DNA from: an uncultured bacterium
GTDB taxonomy: Bacteria > Krumholzibacteriota > Krumholzibacteriia > JACNKJ01
NCBI GenBank assembly: GCA_963695095.1
Contig: CAVOFT010000001.1
Span: forward strand, 3,040,001-3,104,000
Direction of reading: 5' to 3'
Length of the DNA: 64,000 nucleotides
Numbering within the stretch: position 1 is the first letter of the stretch; every line of letters begins with the position of its first letter. The position numbers and the translations under genes were made by a program. The notes beneath the pieces were generated by a model, which saw nothing but the letters and a program-made list of their open reading frames with translations, was not told the origin of the DNA and made no database searches. Shown here one piece after another: positions 33,194-43,959 of the stretch.

Positions 33194-33320
33194 CAAGACT
33201 GACAAATTGCTGATCTGGTCGCTTTCCTTTCCGCTATCGATTCGCTAGAATCGGATTAGCGTGGCCCGTGGCTGTGCTCCAGCGGGGCAAGTCGGGCATC
33301 GGTGGTCTGGGAGGCACGAC

Positions 33321-35879
33321 GTGCGACCGGGGACCGTCATTTCGCATTACGTCATCGAGGCGCTGCTGGGCAGCGGCGCCATGGGTGAGGTCTACCGCGT
33401 CTGCGATACGCGGCTGCAGTGCACGCGAGCCCTCAAGCTGCTCCGCCAGCCCTGCGCCGGCGACCCCTCCGAACGCGCGCGCTTCCTGCGCGAGGCGCAG
33501 GCGGCGGCGGCTCTCAACCATCCCGGCATCTGCACCGTGCACGAGATCGACGAGGCCGAAGGCCGCGCTTTCATCGTCATGGAGTACGTGCCGGGCCAGG
33601 ACCTCGCGACGCGCATCGCCGCCGGAGCCCTGCCCCCGGCCGAGGCCCTGCGCATCGCCCGCGAGATCGCCGAGGCCCTGCGGGCCGCGCACGCTGCCGG
33701 CATCGTCCACCGCGACATCAAGCCGCGCAACATCCGGCTCACCCCCGAAGGCCGCGTCAAGGTGGTGGACTTCGGGCTCGCCAAGCTGGCGGGTGCCGAG
33801 GAGCTGACCCGCTCGGGCGCGGTGGCGGGCACGCCGGCCTACATGGCACCGGAGCAAGCGCGCGGCTCCCCGGTGGACGGGCGCTGCGATCTCTGGGCGC
33901 TCGGCATCGTCCTCTACGAGATGCTCAGCGGCCAGTCGCCCTTCGCCGGCCGACCCCCGCTGGCCGCTCTCTACGCAGTCTGCAACGAAGACCCGCCGCC
34001 CCTGCCTGCGCTCGTCGCAGCCCCCCCTGGCCTCGCCGCCGTGATCGACCGCTGCCTGAGCAGGGATCCCCAGCGCCGCTACCCCGATGCCGGTGCCCTG
34101 CTCGCGGACCTCGCGGCGCTGTCGGCGCCGCGGGCGCCGCCGCTTCGTTCCCGCTACCGCCTGCCGCGCCCCCTGCTACTGCTGGCCGCGGCGCTGCTCG
34201 CCGCCGCGCTGGTGCTGGCCACCCAGCGCGGTTGCCGCCAGAGCGGTCTGCCCTCGCACATCTACCTGGCGCTGCTGCCGATGGAGGTGATCGGCGGCAG
34301 CGAACGCGATCACGCCCTCGCCGACGGCCTCGTGCAGCATCTGAACACGCAGCTCACGCGGCTGGAGCGCTTGCAGCGGAGCTTCTCGGTGATCCCTGTC
34401 TGCGACATCGAGGACAGCGAGGTGGCCAGCTCCCGCGACGCCCAGCGCATCCTCGGTGCCAATCTCGTGGTGGCCGGCAGCATGACCCCCTTCGGCGAGG
34501 CCCTCGCGCTCACGCTCACCCTCATCGACCCGCGGGGACCGCTCCAGCTCGCTGCGGCCGAGTTCTCGGTACCCCGGGACGATGCCCTGCGCCTGCGCAC
34601 CGAGGCCCTGGCTCAGCTCGTGGGACTGCTCCAGCTGAAGCTGGGCAAGGCCGATCCAGGCGCCGTGCGGGCGAGCGAGGAATCGACCGCCCAGCCCTTC
34701 GCGGACTATCTGACCGGGCTCGGCTACCTGCAGAACCTCGAGTTCTTCGGCGACCCCGAGCGTCTGGCCCGCGTGGACAGCGCTCTGGCCGCCTTCGGCC
34801 AGGCCGTCGCCGGGGATCCCCGCTTCGCCGCGGCCCTGGCCGGACAGGCGGAGGCCGGCTGGCAGCGTTACCAGCTGACGCGCGAGCAGTCCTGGTCCGA
34901 GGCGGCGCTCAGCTCTTGCACCGCCGCCCTGGCCATCGATCCCGGCCTGCCTGAGGGCCTGCTCGCGCGAGCGGGCATCCACGCCGGCCGCGGCGAGTAC
35001 GAGCGCGCACTCGCGGACTTCCGGACCGTGCTGGCGCGCGACTCGCTGGACCTGCGCGCGCAGCGCGGCCTGGCCGCCGCCTACGCGGCGCTCGGCGACA
35101 CGGCGCAGGCCGAGGCGAGCTACCTCGCCCTGCTGGCGGCGCGACCCGGCGACTACACGACGCGCAAGGAACTGGGCATCTACTACTACCATCAAGGCCG
35201 CTTCGCCGATGCCGTCGGCCAGTTCGAGGCGCTCATCGCCGCCGCCCCCGAGAACTACTTCCTCGGCTACAACCAGCTCGGGGGCATCTACTTCCAGGAG
35301 GGCAAGCTGGAGCAGGCTCGGGCGGCCTTCCAGCGCTCCTTGGCGATCAAGCCCAACTACCGCGCCCTGACGAATCTCGCCGCCGTGGAGTACCGAGACG
35401 GCGACTACGAGCAGGCCGTCGCGCACATCGAAGAGGCGCTGGCCATCCACGCTCACGACTATCGGGTCTGGGGCAACCTGGGCGACACGCTGATGCGCCT
35501 CCCCGAGCGACGGGGGGAGGCCGAGTCGGCCTACCGCCGGGCGGCGGGGCTGGCGGAGGCAAGGCTGCAGGTGAACCCCCGCGACGCGCGCGTGATGAGC
35601 ATTCTGGCCGGCTACTGCCTCGCGCTCGGCGATCGCGAGCGCGCGCTGCAGCTGCTCGGCAATGCTCGGCGAACGGAAGCGCTCGACGTCGAGTCCCTCT
35701 ATCAAGTCGGTCACAGCTACGAGCGCCTGGGCCAGCGGGACGAGGCGCTCAGTTGCTTCGCCGAGGCCTTGCGGCGAGGTCTATCCGCGCGCCGAATCGA
35801 GCAGGCGCCCACCCTGAGCGCGCTGCGGGCGGATCCCCGCTGGGTGGCCCTGGCGGCAGCGGCCGGCGAGAAATGGTGA
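33321..35879 (+). CDS. Ser/Thr protein kinase with TM segment, TolB-like domain and TPR array
   Basis: LGSGAMGEVY, HRDIKPRN, DFGLAK, GTPAYMAPEQ; TM LLLLAAALLAAALVLA; many TPRs; ends LRADPRW. GTG start after GGAGG. Confidence 0.92.
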   Translation: MRPGTVISHYVIEALLGSGAMGEVYRVCDTRLQCTRALKLLRQPCAGDPSERARFLREAQAAAALNHPGICTVHEIDEAEGRAFIVMEYVPGQDLATRIAAGALPPAEALRIAREIAEALRAAHAAGIVHRDIKPRNIRLTPEGRVKVVDFGLAKLAGAEELTRSGAVAGTPAYMAPEQARGSPVDGRCDLWALGIVLYEMLSGQSPFAGRPPLAALYAVCNEDPPPLPALVAAPPGLAAVIDRCLSRDPQRRYPDAGALLADLAALSAPRAPPLRSRYRLPRPLLLLAAALLAAALVLATQRGCRQSGLPSHIYLALLPMEVIGGSERDHALADGLVQHLNTQLTRLERLQRSFSVIPVCDIEDSEVASSRDAQRILGANLVVAGSMTPFGEALALTLTLIDPRGPLQLAAAEFSVPRDDALRLRTEALAQLVGLLQLKLGKADPGAVRASEESTAQPFADYLTGLGYLQNLEFFGDPERLARVDSALAAFGQAVAGDPRFAAALAGQAEAGWQRYQLTREQSWSEAALSSCTAALAIDPGLPEGLLARAGIHAGRGEYERALADFRTVLARDSLDLRAQRGLAAAYAALGDTAQAEASYLALLAARPGDYTTRKELGIYYYHQGRFADAVGQFEALIAAAPENYFLGYNQLGGIYFQEGKLEQARAAFQRSLAIKPNYRALTNLAAVEYRDGDYEQAVAHIEEALAIHAHDYRVWGNLGDTLMRLPERRGEAESAYRRAAGLAEARLQVNPRDARVMSILAGYCLALGDRERALQLLGNARRTEALDVESLYQVGHSYERLGQRDEALSCFAEALRRGLSARRIEQAPTLSALRADPRWVALAAAAGEKW

Positions 35880-35915
35880 TGAGCAAGCAAGTGTACCTGA
35901 GTTAAGGAGAGAGCC

Positions 35916-36347
35916 ATGCCCAAGTCAGCGACGACGATGAAGGCGGCGGAGACCGGGACCACGGCGCTAGCCGGCGTCAAGGACCCCCTCGCGGAGTTCC
36001 TGGTCTATCTGCACGTGATCCTGCCGCTCGGAGCCATCCACACGGTGACGATTCGCCGGCACTACGACCCGGCGCGGAAGGACGCCTGGCTGATCTCGCC
36101 GGGCCACTTCCACGTGCGCCGGGGCGACCTCATCTACTGGAGCATGGGGGACAACGAGGCGCAGATCGAGTTCAGCGATCCGGCGATCATCGGCGTGCCG
36201 ACCCTGAGCGTGCCCCGCCACGGGACCAGCATGGGCACCGTTCAGTCCGAAGCGCCGCTGGGCGCGCAGATCTACAAGGTGGTGCTGGAGACGGGCAGCG
36301 CCGTCCCCGACGACGGCGGCGATCCGACCATCATCATCGACGACTAG
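35916..36347 (+). CDS. Small hypothetical beta-sandwich (cupredoxin-like) protein ending DPTIIIDD
   Basis: AAGGAG RBS; ISPGHFHVRRGDLIYW..IEF..IYKVV..DPTIII. Its TAG shares the CTAG (36344-36347) with the convergent gene's stop. Confidence 0.7.
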   Translation: MPKSATTMKAAETGTTALAGVKDPLAEFLVYLHVILPLGAIHTVTIRRHYDPARKDAWLISPGHFHVRRGDLIYWSMGDNEAQIEFSDPAIIGVPTLSVPRHGTSMGTVQSEAPLGAQIYKVVLETGSAVPDDGGDPTIIIDD

Positions 36348-37696
36348 GCGAGCGTCTCGACCCGTTCGCTGAACTCCAGGCCGTCGGCGGCGAGGTCCGC
36401 CATGATCGGCGTGTAGATCGACGGGTGGGTGGGGATCTGGCTGCCGCGCAGGTGCAGCTCGCCGCAGAGGACCAGCCGCGCCGCGAGCGCCGCCGGCAGG
36501 CCCACCGTCTTGGCCATAGCCGTGAAGCCGCCGGCCTCGCCCTCGGCCACCAGGGTCGAGCTGATGCGCTCGGCCGGCCGCGCCTGATCGGGATACTCCA
36601 CCTCCAGCTCGTGGAGGAGCACCACGAGATCCCGCATCGTGGGCGTCAGCGGCAGCTTCGCCTCGAGCAGCTCGGCCAGCAGGAAAGCCGCCGTGTCGCC
36701 CTTGCAACCCGAGGGCTCCTCGTTGAAGAGCCCCAGCCAGCGCATGTTCTCGATGATGCGCCCGGTCGGGCTGATGCCCAGGAAGCGGGCGATGCGCGCC
36801 TCGATCTTGGGCCCGGAGACGTTCAGGGGCAGGAACATCTCCACCACCTCGCGCGGGCTGCGCGCGGCGAGCTGCGGAATGCGCGCGCTCTCGTTGGGCA
36901 GGCCCAGCTTGACGATCTGCGCCCAGGTCTCGCTCCAGCCGGGCCAGCGCAGGGTGCCGCGAATCATCGTGCGCACGTGCTCGAGGCCGAAGGCCTGCAG
37001 GTAGGAGAGCGAATCGCGGTTCGGATAGGCCTCGAGCGTGCCCACGCCCGGCACCTCGACCCGCCAGGTGTGGTGGAAGACGTGGTGCCAGGGCACGATC
37101 TTGATGCGCCCGTCCTCCATGTACTGCGCGCCGCGCTCGCCGGCCATCGCCACGTTGCGCGGGTTCCAGGTGACCACGTAGCGCAGGGGGTAGTCGTTGG
37201 CGTTCGCGGGCGAGGGAATGCCGCTGCCGTAGGAGCAGAAGCTGGTGATGCGCCCGCCCTCGCCCCGGATGCGGTGGATCAGGCGCATCGCCGACATGTG
37301 GTCGATGCCGGGATCCAGCCCCAGCTCGCAGAGCAGGAGCACGCCCGCGCGCTGGGCGTCGGCATCGAGTTCGCGCAGGGCCTGGTCGCGGTAGGACACG
37401 GAGACCATGTGCTTGCCGTGCTGCACGCAGTCCCAGGCGATCAGGTCCAGGAAGCGCGGCGCCAGCATGTTCACCACGAGGTCCGCGCTCTTGATCTGGG
37501 CGTCGCGGAGCAGGGCGTCGTTGATGTCGAAGCGCACCGCCGCGCCGCGGGAGTGCCCGTTCACGCGCGAGGCCGCCAGCTCCTGGTCCAGGTCCCCCAC
37601 GGTGACGAACCAGTCGCAGTCGGCGGCCATCTCGAGCAGCTTGGCGATGAGATAGGGCGAGCTCTTGCCCGCGCCGAGCACGGTGACCTGCTTCAT
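36344..37696 (-). CDS. Saccharopine dehydrogenase (Lys9/AASS SDH-like)
   Basis: VTVLGAGKS, ELGLDPGIDHMSA, SYGSGIP, TWNPRNV, YPNRDS, RGTLR, AMAKTVGLP. Confidence 0.92.
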   Translation of the reverse strand: MKQVTVLGAGKSSPYLIAKLLEMAADCDWFVTVGDLDQELAASRVNGHSRGAAVRFDINDALLRDAQIKSADLVVNMLAPRFLDLIAWDCVQHGKHMVSVSYRDQALRELDADAQRAGVLLLCELGLDPGIDHMSAMRLIHRIRGEGGRITSFCSYGSGIPSPANANDYPLRYVVTWNPRNVAMAGERGAQYMEDGRIKIVPWHHVFHHTWRVEVPGVGTLEAYPNRDSLSYLQAFGLEHVRTMIRGTLRWPGWSETWAQIVKLGLPNESARIPQLAARSPREVVEMFLPLNVSGPKIEARIARFLGISPTGRIIENMRWLGLFNEEPSGCKGDTAAFLLAELLEAKLPLTPTMRDLVVLLHELEVEYPDQARPAERISSTLVAEGEAGGFTAMAKTVGLPAALAARLVLCGELHLRGSQIPTHPSIYTPIMADLAADGLEFSERVETLA

Positions 37697-37793
37697 GGCG
37701 GCTTCCTTGGCCTCGAGGTGCTGGGCCCCGCCCGGCGGCAAGGCACCCGCTCAAGGTAGCCAAAGCGGCGGGCGGCGCCAGGGCCCGGCAGCC

Positions 37794-38303
37794 CTACTCG
37801 GCCGCCTGCGGGTAGCTCTTGATCAGGGACGGCACGCCCAGGGCCCCCTGCGGCTGGGCGTAGAGATCCAGGGTCCAGCTCTTGTAGAAACCTTCCTCCC
37901 AGACGCGGGTCTGATCCGAGCGGGACCTGAGGAATGCCAGTTCCTTGAGCGTGGCGCCGAGGAAGTAGTGCATGCCCGCCGTTACCTCGAGCTCCAGTTC
38001 CAGGGTCGGCCGGCGGCTGTCCGGGTCGGCGGAGAGCTCCTCGGGCGGCGCATCGGCCGCGGCGATGTTGGGCGGGCCGGCCAGGCGCAGGCGGTAGCTG
38101 CCCGGCTTCAGGTAGACGTAGTTCTTGGGGCAGGCCTGCTCGTCCACGGCGAGCAATTCCACCGTGGTGCCCTTACGGTAGCACTCCACGCGGGCCAGGT
38201 CCTGCACGGACAGGGCCGGTCCCGGGTAGAGGTGATGGCCCTCGCCCCGACAACCCGCGCTGAGCAGGGCGGCGAGCGAGAACAGGGCGAGTCGATTCCG
38301 CAT
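37794..38303 (-). CDS. Hypothetical lipoprotein
   Basis: GGAGG RBS; MRNRLALFSLAALLSAGC lipobox; LYPGPAL..YLKPGSYRL. Confidence 0.75.
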   Translation of the reverse strand: MRNRLALFSLAALLSAGCRGEGHHLYPGPALSVQDLARVECYRKGTTVELLAVDEQACPKNYVYLKPGSYRLRLAGPPNIAAADAPPEELSADPDSRRPTLELELEVTAGMHYFLGATLKELAFLRSRSDQTRVWEEGFYKSWTLDLYAQPQGALGVPSLIKSYPQAAE

Positions 38304-38444
38304 GGCTGCACCTCCCGGCACCGCAGGCAGTGTAACGAACCAGCGCCGTGCGTCAATCGCGCTCCTGCTGGACGCGCGGGCAGCCCCGCGCTAGAGTGGC
38401 GAAGCTATGCCCCCGTGCACTCGCCCCTTGCCAAGGAGACCGGG

Positions 38445-40572
38445 ATGCGCTCCTGCCCGCGCCTGCTCGCGCTTTCCGCGCTGATCGCCTTCGCCCTCCC
38501 TGCTACCGCGCTCGAGCCGCCTCTGCCGCTGGCCCCCGCCGAGGCCGCGGCCCTGCTCGCCGCCGAGGCGCCGGCCGCTCTCGTCGGCGACGCCGATCAG
38601 CTCGTGCTCTTCGATCGCGAACGCGTGATCGTCGAGGACAGCGGGCTCGGTCACCGCTACCGGCACCGCTTCGTCAAGGTGCTGGAGCCAGCGGGCGCCC
38701 TGGCGCTGGCGCGCCCTGCGCTTCGACTACGACCCCGCGAGCAACCTGCTCGACCTGCGGCTGGTGCGCGTGCACCGCGCCGATTCGAGCTGCGTGGACA
38801 TCGACCCGGCGGCCGCCCGCGACGTGCCCCAGCCCACGGACCTCATCAACTGGGGCGCGCGGATGAAGGTGCTCGGCCTGCCGCCGCTGGCTGTTGGCGA
38901 CGGCGTAGAGACGCTCACCTACAGCAAGGGCTTCCTGATCGCCTACCTCGCCGCCGATGCGCAAGCCCCGGCGCCCGAGCAGCCGCGCCAGCTGGAGCCG
39001 CCCACTCCCCTGTCCCGCGCCGAGGCCATGGGCCTTCACGACAGCACGGCGTCGCGGCTCGCCGCCGGCGCCGCGGGCGACGAGCGCTACATCCCGCCCA
39101 TGCGCGGGCACTTCTACGACGTGCAGCTCTTCCAGGGCGAGCTGCCCCAGCGCGAGCGGCGCTACGAGGTGAGCCTGCCGGCCGCCAAGCCGCTGCAGTA
39201 CAGCGTCTACAATGGAGAAGTGATGAGCAGCCTGCGCTTCGCCGGCGATCGCCATGACTACAGCTTCTGGAAGGAGGACGTGCCGGCGATGAAGCACGAG
39301 CCGCGCATGCCCGACGCCGGCGACGTGGTGCCCAAGGTGGTGATGGCCACCACCGAGGACTGGGAGGCCAAGAGCCGCTGGTTCGCCGAGACCAACGAGT
39401 ACACCTTCGCCAGCAACCCGGCCATCGCCGCCAAGGTGGCCGAGATCACCCGCGGCCTGGCCGACGACGAGGAGAAGGTGGCCGCCCTGCTGCACTGGGT
39501 GGCGCAGAACATCCGCTACTTCGGCCTCACGATGGGCAAGGGCGAGGGCTACACCTTGCACCCGGGCGCGATGACCTTCCGCGACCGCGCCGGCGTGTGC
39601 AAGGACATCGCCGGCATGCTGGTGACGATGCTGCGCGCGGCGGGCTACGAGGCCTACGGCGCGATGACGATGGCCGGCGCCCGCGTGGAGGAGATCCCCG
39701 CCGACCAGTTCAACCACTGCGTGGTCGCGCTGAAGAAGCCCGACGGCAGCTTCCAGATGCTCGACCCCACCTGGGCGCCCTGGAACAACCCCACCTGGAG
39801 CCGCTGGGAAGGCGAGCAGGACTACGTGATCGGCACTTTCGAGGGCGAGGACCTGATGCAGATCCCCTCCTTCAGTGCCGAGGACAACCTGCTCAGCGTG
39901 ACGAGCACCGCCCGTCTTGCGGCCGACGGCGCGCTCGAGGGCACGCTCGAGTTCCTCGGCCGCGGCGTGAGTGACGGCCGCCTGCGCAGCGCCGTCGCCG
40001 ACCGCGCGGCCCGCGACCTGCGTCCCTATCTCGAGAACTGGCTGGGCGCGCTCTCGCCACGCGCCGAACTCGTCGACTTCGCCTTCAGCGACCACCGCGA
40101 CTTCACCCGCGACACCAGCCTGCGCCTGCGCTATCGCCTGCCCGGCTGGGCCGAGAACCTCGGCGACAGCCTGGCCCTGCGCTCGCCGGGCCTGGCCCTG
40201 CTCGCGGGCAACGGCGGCCTCTGGCGCCTCGCGGGCCTGCCCGCCGGCGAGGAGCGGCAGCACCCCTACTTCATCTGGGCCGGCCAGCGCGTGGAACTCA
40301 GCGAGACGCTCGAGTTGCCACGTGGCAACGAGTGGGCGAAGCCGGCCGCGATCGACTTGAAGGAGACGCAGGCCTCGTTCCACTGCGAGTGGACACCCCA
40401 GCGCGGCAAGCTCGGCCTGAAGGCCGTGCTGCAAGTGGACCGCCGCCTGATCCCAGCGGCCGGCTGGCCGGGCCTCCGGGCCGTGGCCGATGCCATCCAG
40501 GAGCGGGCCGACGCGGGCCTCCACGCCAGTTCGCCCGGCAAGCGGGCCAGCCGCCAGGGAGGTGCCCGATGA
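38445..40572 (+). CDS. DUF3857 plus transglutaminase-like domain exported protein (one indel near 38710)
   Basis: Signal peptide; putative triad GVCKD, FNHCVV, LDPT; WVAQNIRY. Confidence 0.88.
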
Positions 40573-42431
40573 AGCGCCACCTCACGCTCGCGTTGCTCGC
40601 CGCCCTCTGCCTCGCCGCCGCGCTGCCGGCGGCCGCCGCGCCCCTCGACGAAGGCGCCGTCGCCGCGCGCGCAATCGGGGCGCCCGCCCCGACAGTCGGC
40701 GAGGATGGCCTCGTCCTCTTCGAGGGCCACTACTATCACCACGCCGATGGCCTGATGAGCCATCGCCACCAGCGCCTGCTGCGCGTCACGAGCGAGTGGG
40801 CCTTGGAGCGCCTCGCCGATCCGCGCCTGCGCTTCGACAGCGCGCGGCAGAAGATCGACGTGCACGCCGCGCGCACCTACTTCGCGAACGGGGAGTACAT
40901 CGACTCGCCGGCCAATGCCTTCAACACGGTCACGCCGGGCGAGCTGGCCCAGGCGCCGGACTTCCTGGACATCCAGGAGCTGGTGATCACGCACGTCGGC
41001 CTGGAGCCGGGCTGCGCGCTCTGGCTCGATACCGAGATCGTGGACACGGCGCCGGCCGGCCTGCCCGAGGGCGCGCTGCTCTTCCCCCAGGGTGACTTCC
41101 CCGTGCTCGAGATGGAAGTGACCGCCGAGGGGCTGTACGCCGAGCTGGTCAACCCCGAGGGTGGGCTGATCGCGCTGCCCGCTGGCACGAGCGAGGGTCT
41201 GCGCCACGCGTGGCACTTCGAGAACCTGCCGGCTGCGCCGGGGCAGGCGACCTATCGCCTTGGCGATCAGCTGCCGCACCTGGACTTTTCCCCCCTGGAG
41301 AGCTGGCAGTCCGTTGTCGAAGCCATTGAGGCGAGCCTCGAGGCTGCTGTCGCCGATACGATGGGTCTCGGCGGCTGGCTCGCTGTGGTCGAGCGCGAGC
41401 TGGAGCGCCCCTTCCTCGATGACCGCGACGCGATCGTCGCGATTCTCGCCGCCCTCGGCGAGCGCACGACCCTGCTCGAGGGTCCGGACTGGGCTTGGCG
41501 CGCGCCGCGCAGCGTGGCCCGGACCCTCGAAACCTCGATGGCCACGCCGCTCGAGCGCGCCGCACTCATGATCGCCGTCGGTCGGACGCGCGGGCTAGAA
41601 GCAAGCTTGTGTCTGACTGCCAGGTGGCAGCAGACAGGCGAGCAGGTCCTGCCCCTGGCGGCCCTCGACGCGCCCTGGCTGCAGACCGACGCCGGGATCG
41701 GGTACCTCGCTCCCGCGGAGGGGAGGCTGCGCAGGCACAACGAGGAGTTCGGCTCCTGCTACTATTTCCATGGTCGGAGGCAGCGGGGTCAGGTCGCCAA
41801 CCGGACCTTCGAGGCCAAGCTCAACTACTACTGGAATCTCGCGGAAGCGACTTTCGCCTTGAGAGGCTCCTTCGCTCCCGTGGATCTCTGGGCCGGCATG
41901 CAGGCCCCGGAAACCGGGCTGCGCGACTGGTGCGCGAGCTGGACTGACAGCTGCCGCGTCGACGCGCTCAGCCTGCAGGGCGGCGTCGGTGACCTGAGGG
42001 TACCTGTGGAGATGGCCGGCCGGGCCCCCATGCCCGCAGCGAACGAACCCGGCAGTGTGCGCCTGGCGCTGCCAATGACCCCCGTGCCCTTGACGGCGCT
42101 CCTCCCAGCTGGAATGCAGCGCTCGCAGAGCGTCTGCCGCGCTCTGCTCTTCCCGCCGCGGCCCGCGGTGCAGCTCCACCTGAGCTGGATCCTCGATCTG
42201 CCTGCGGGCTTCGAGCCCGTGGCGCAGGCATCCATCGGCGCCGATTGCCCCGGCGGTCGTTTCGTGGCCCGGCGCGAGCAGGTCGGCCGGCGGCTCACGG
42301 TGCACTACGACCTCGAATGGAGCGGCGTCCGTGTTCCGCCCGCCGACTACCCTGCATTCTGCGCACTGGTGAACGCGGCGCTCGACCCGAAGACGACCGA
42401 AGTCCTGCTGGTCCCGCGCGCCAGGGATTGA
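40569..42431 (+). CDS. DUF3857-domain exported protein with degenerate transglutaminase-like region
   Basis: ATGA overlap; signal peptide; NAFNTVTP..AP..QELVITHVGLEPG; ATPLERA where GxC would be expected. Confidence 0.8.
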   Translation: MKRHLTLALLAALCLAAALPAAAAPLDEGAVAARAIGAPAPTVGEDGLVLFEGHYYHHADGLMSHRHQRLLRVTSEWALERLADPRLRFDSARQKIDVHAARTYFANGEYIDSPANAFNTVTPGELAQAPDFLDIQELVITHVGLEPGCALWLDTEIVDTAPAGLPEGALLFPQGDFPVLEMEVTAEGLYAELVNPEGGLIALPAGTSEGLRHAWHFENLPAAPGQATYRLGDQLPHLDFSPLESWQSVVEAIEASLEAAVADTMGLGGWLAVVERELERPFLDDRDAIVAILAALGERTTLLEGPDWAWRAPRSVARTLETSMATPLERAALMIAVGRTRGLEASLCLTARWQQTGEQVLPLAALDAPWLQTDAGIGYLAPAEGRLRRHNEEFGSCYYFHGRRQRGQVANRTFEAKLNYYWNLAEATFALRGSFAPVDLWAGMQAPETGLRDWCASWTDSCRVDALSLQGGVGDLRVPVEMAGRAPMPAANEPGSVRLALPMTPVPLTALLPAGMQRSQSVCRALLFPPRPAVQLHLSWILDLPAGFEPVAQASIGADCPGGRFVARREQVGRRLTVHYDLEWSGVRVPPADYPAFCALVNAALDPKTTEVLLVPRARD

Positions 42432-42620
42432 CCTTGGTCCGTCAAACGGATCAAGGAGGGGGGACGGGACGCTTGCCGCAACTGAGCCCGTGCCGGTGCC
42501 CGTGAGCACGCCGGCCTGCGGCGATGGTATTTATTGGCGATGCACTTGCCCGTCGCGATCTCTCATAGTATATTGTGAGCCTCCCCGCCTCCTGCGTCCT
42601 CGATCTCGCGAGGGCTCTCC

Positions 42621-43652
42621 ATGTCCGAGTTCGTGCCGAATCTCCCCGCCGCCGCGGTGGATGCCCACCTGCGCGCGGCCGTCGCTAAGTTGCGCCGCGC
42701 CGAGCAGAATGCCGTTCTCTGGTTCGCCGAGCTGATACGCAGGCGCCTCTACCGCGACTGCGGCTACTCCAGCATTCATGCCTACGCCGAGGCCGTGCTG
42801 GGCTTCGGGCAGGCGAAGACCTATCAGTTCATCCGGCTGGCGGAGTCGCTCGATGGCCTGCCCCGGCTGCGAGCCTCGGTCGAGGCCGGCGAGATGCCCT
42901 GGACCAAGGCCCGCAGCGTGGCAGCGGTCGCCACGCCGCGCTCCGAGGTCCAGTGGATCGCGCTCGCGAAGGCGAGCAGCGCGCGCCAGCTCGAGTCGAA
43001 GATTCGCGAGAGCCGCCGCGAGGCGCAACGCCTGCCCGGCCAGGGCGACCTGCTGGCGCCAGCCGCCGAGCTGCCGACCGCGCCCGCGCCGATCCCCGTA
43101 CCGGCGCCGAAGGTGCAGGTTAGCTTCACGCTCGAGCCGGAGCAGTACGCCCGCTGGCTGGCCATCGTCGAGCGGCTGCGCAAGCAAGGGCACGCCGAGG
43201 AGAAGGCCGAGCTGCTGCTGGCTGCCTTCGCCGCGCTGGCCGAGTCCGAGTGTACACGTGTACAAAACGAGCCGCCCTACCAGGTCGTGATCTACCGCTG
43301 CAAGGACTGCGGCGCGACGCGCCTGCCCGACGGGCGCCCCCTGGCGCCGGCAGTGGCCGCGCAGGCAACCTGCGACTGCCGAACGCAGCGAGAAGGCCAG
43401 CCTAATCGCGCATCGATCCCGCCCGCTCTGCGCCGGCAGGTACTCGCGCGCGACGGCCACCGCTGCCAGGCCCCGGGCTGCCGCTCCACGCGTTTCCTCG
43501 AGGTGCATCACCGCGAGCCGCGCCGGCGGGGCGGCCGCAACAGCACGGCGAACCTGATCACCCTCTGCGCGGCCTGCCACCGACTTCTGCACGAGAGCGG
43601 CGCGGGGCTTGCCGCCGCACTGCCGGTAGCGAACTTGCCGAACACCGGCTGA
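42621..43652 (+). CDS. HNH endonuclease with DUF222-like N-terminal region
   Basis: GYSSIHAYAE, GEMPWTKAR, IPPALRRQVLARDGHRCQAPGC..LEVHH..GGRNSTANLITLCAACHRLLH. Confidence 0.92.
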   Translation: MSEFVPNLPAAAVDAHLRAAVAKLRRAEQNAVLWFAELIRRRLYRDCGYSSIHAYAEAVLGFGQAKTYQFIRLAESLDGLPRLRASVEAGEMPWTKARSVAAVATPRSEVQWIALAKASSARQLESKIRESRREAQRLPGQGDLLAPAAELPTAPAPIPVPAPKVQVSFTLEPEQYARWLAIVERLRKQGHAEEKAELLLAAFAALAESECTRVQNEPPYQVVIYRCKDCGATRLPDGRPLAPAVAAQATCDCRTQREGQPNRASIPPALRRQVLARDGHRCQAPGCRSTRFLEVHHREPRRRGGRNSTANLITLCAACHRLLHESGAGLAAALPVANLPNTG

Positions 43653-43912
43653 TTGACGCCAACCTGGATCCGTCGATCTCCCGCCCCGGCGAACGCCGCC
43701 CCCGGCAATGGACCTGGGTCGAGCCTCCGTCTGGCTGCCTTCGTCGTGCCGCCCCCGGGAGCCGCCGGGGCTGGCCCCACAGCGGCCCCTAGCCTCGCCA
43801 GGGCCGCGCTCCCAGCCCATCCCAAAGCCGCGCAAGCACTTGCCCACCCGCCCCCGGGGGCGAGTTTACGGCTAATCATGTCTTGAAAGCCTGATAACCT
43901 TGGCTATATTGA

Positions 43913-43930
43913 GCGTGAAAATTTTCCCAA
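43913..43930. promoter_or_regulatory. Rex-like operator upstream of the OFA transporter
   Basis: GCGTGAAAATTTTCCCAA matches 15/18 positions of TTGTGAAWWWWTTCACAA and lies just downstream of TTGAAA-16 bp-TATATT. Confidence 0.5.
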
Positions 43931-43959
43931 AGCACGGCCGGCCGGGCCGGGAGGACAGC

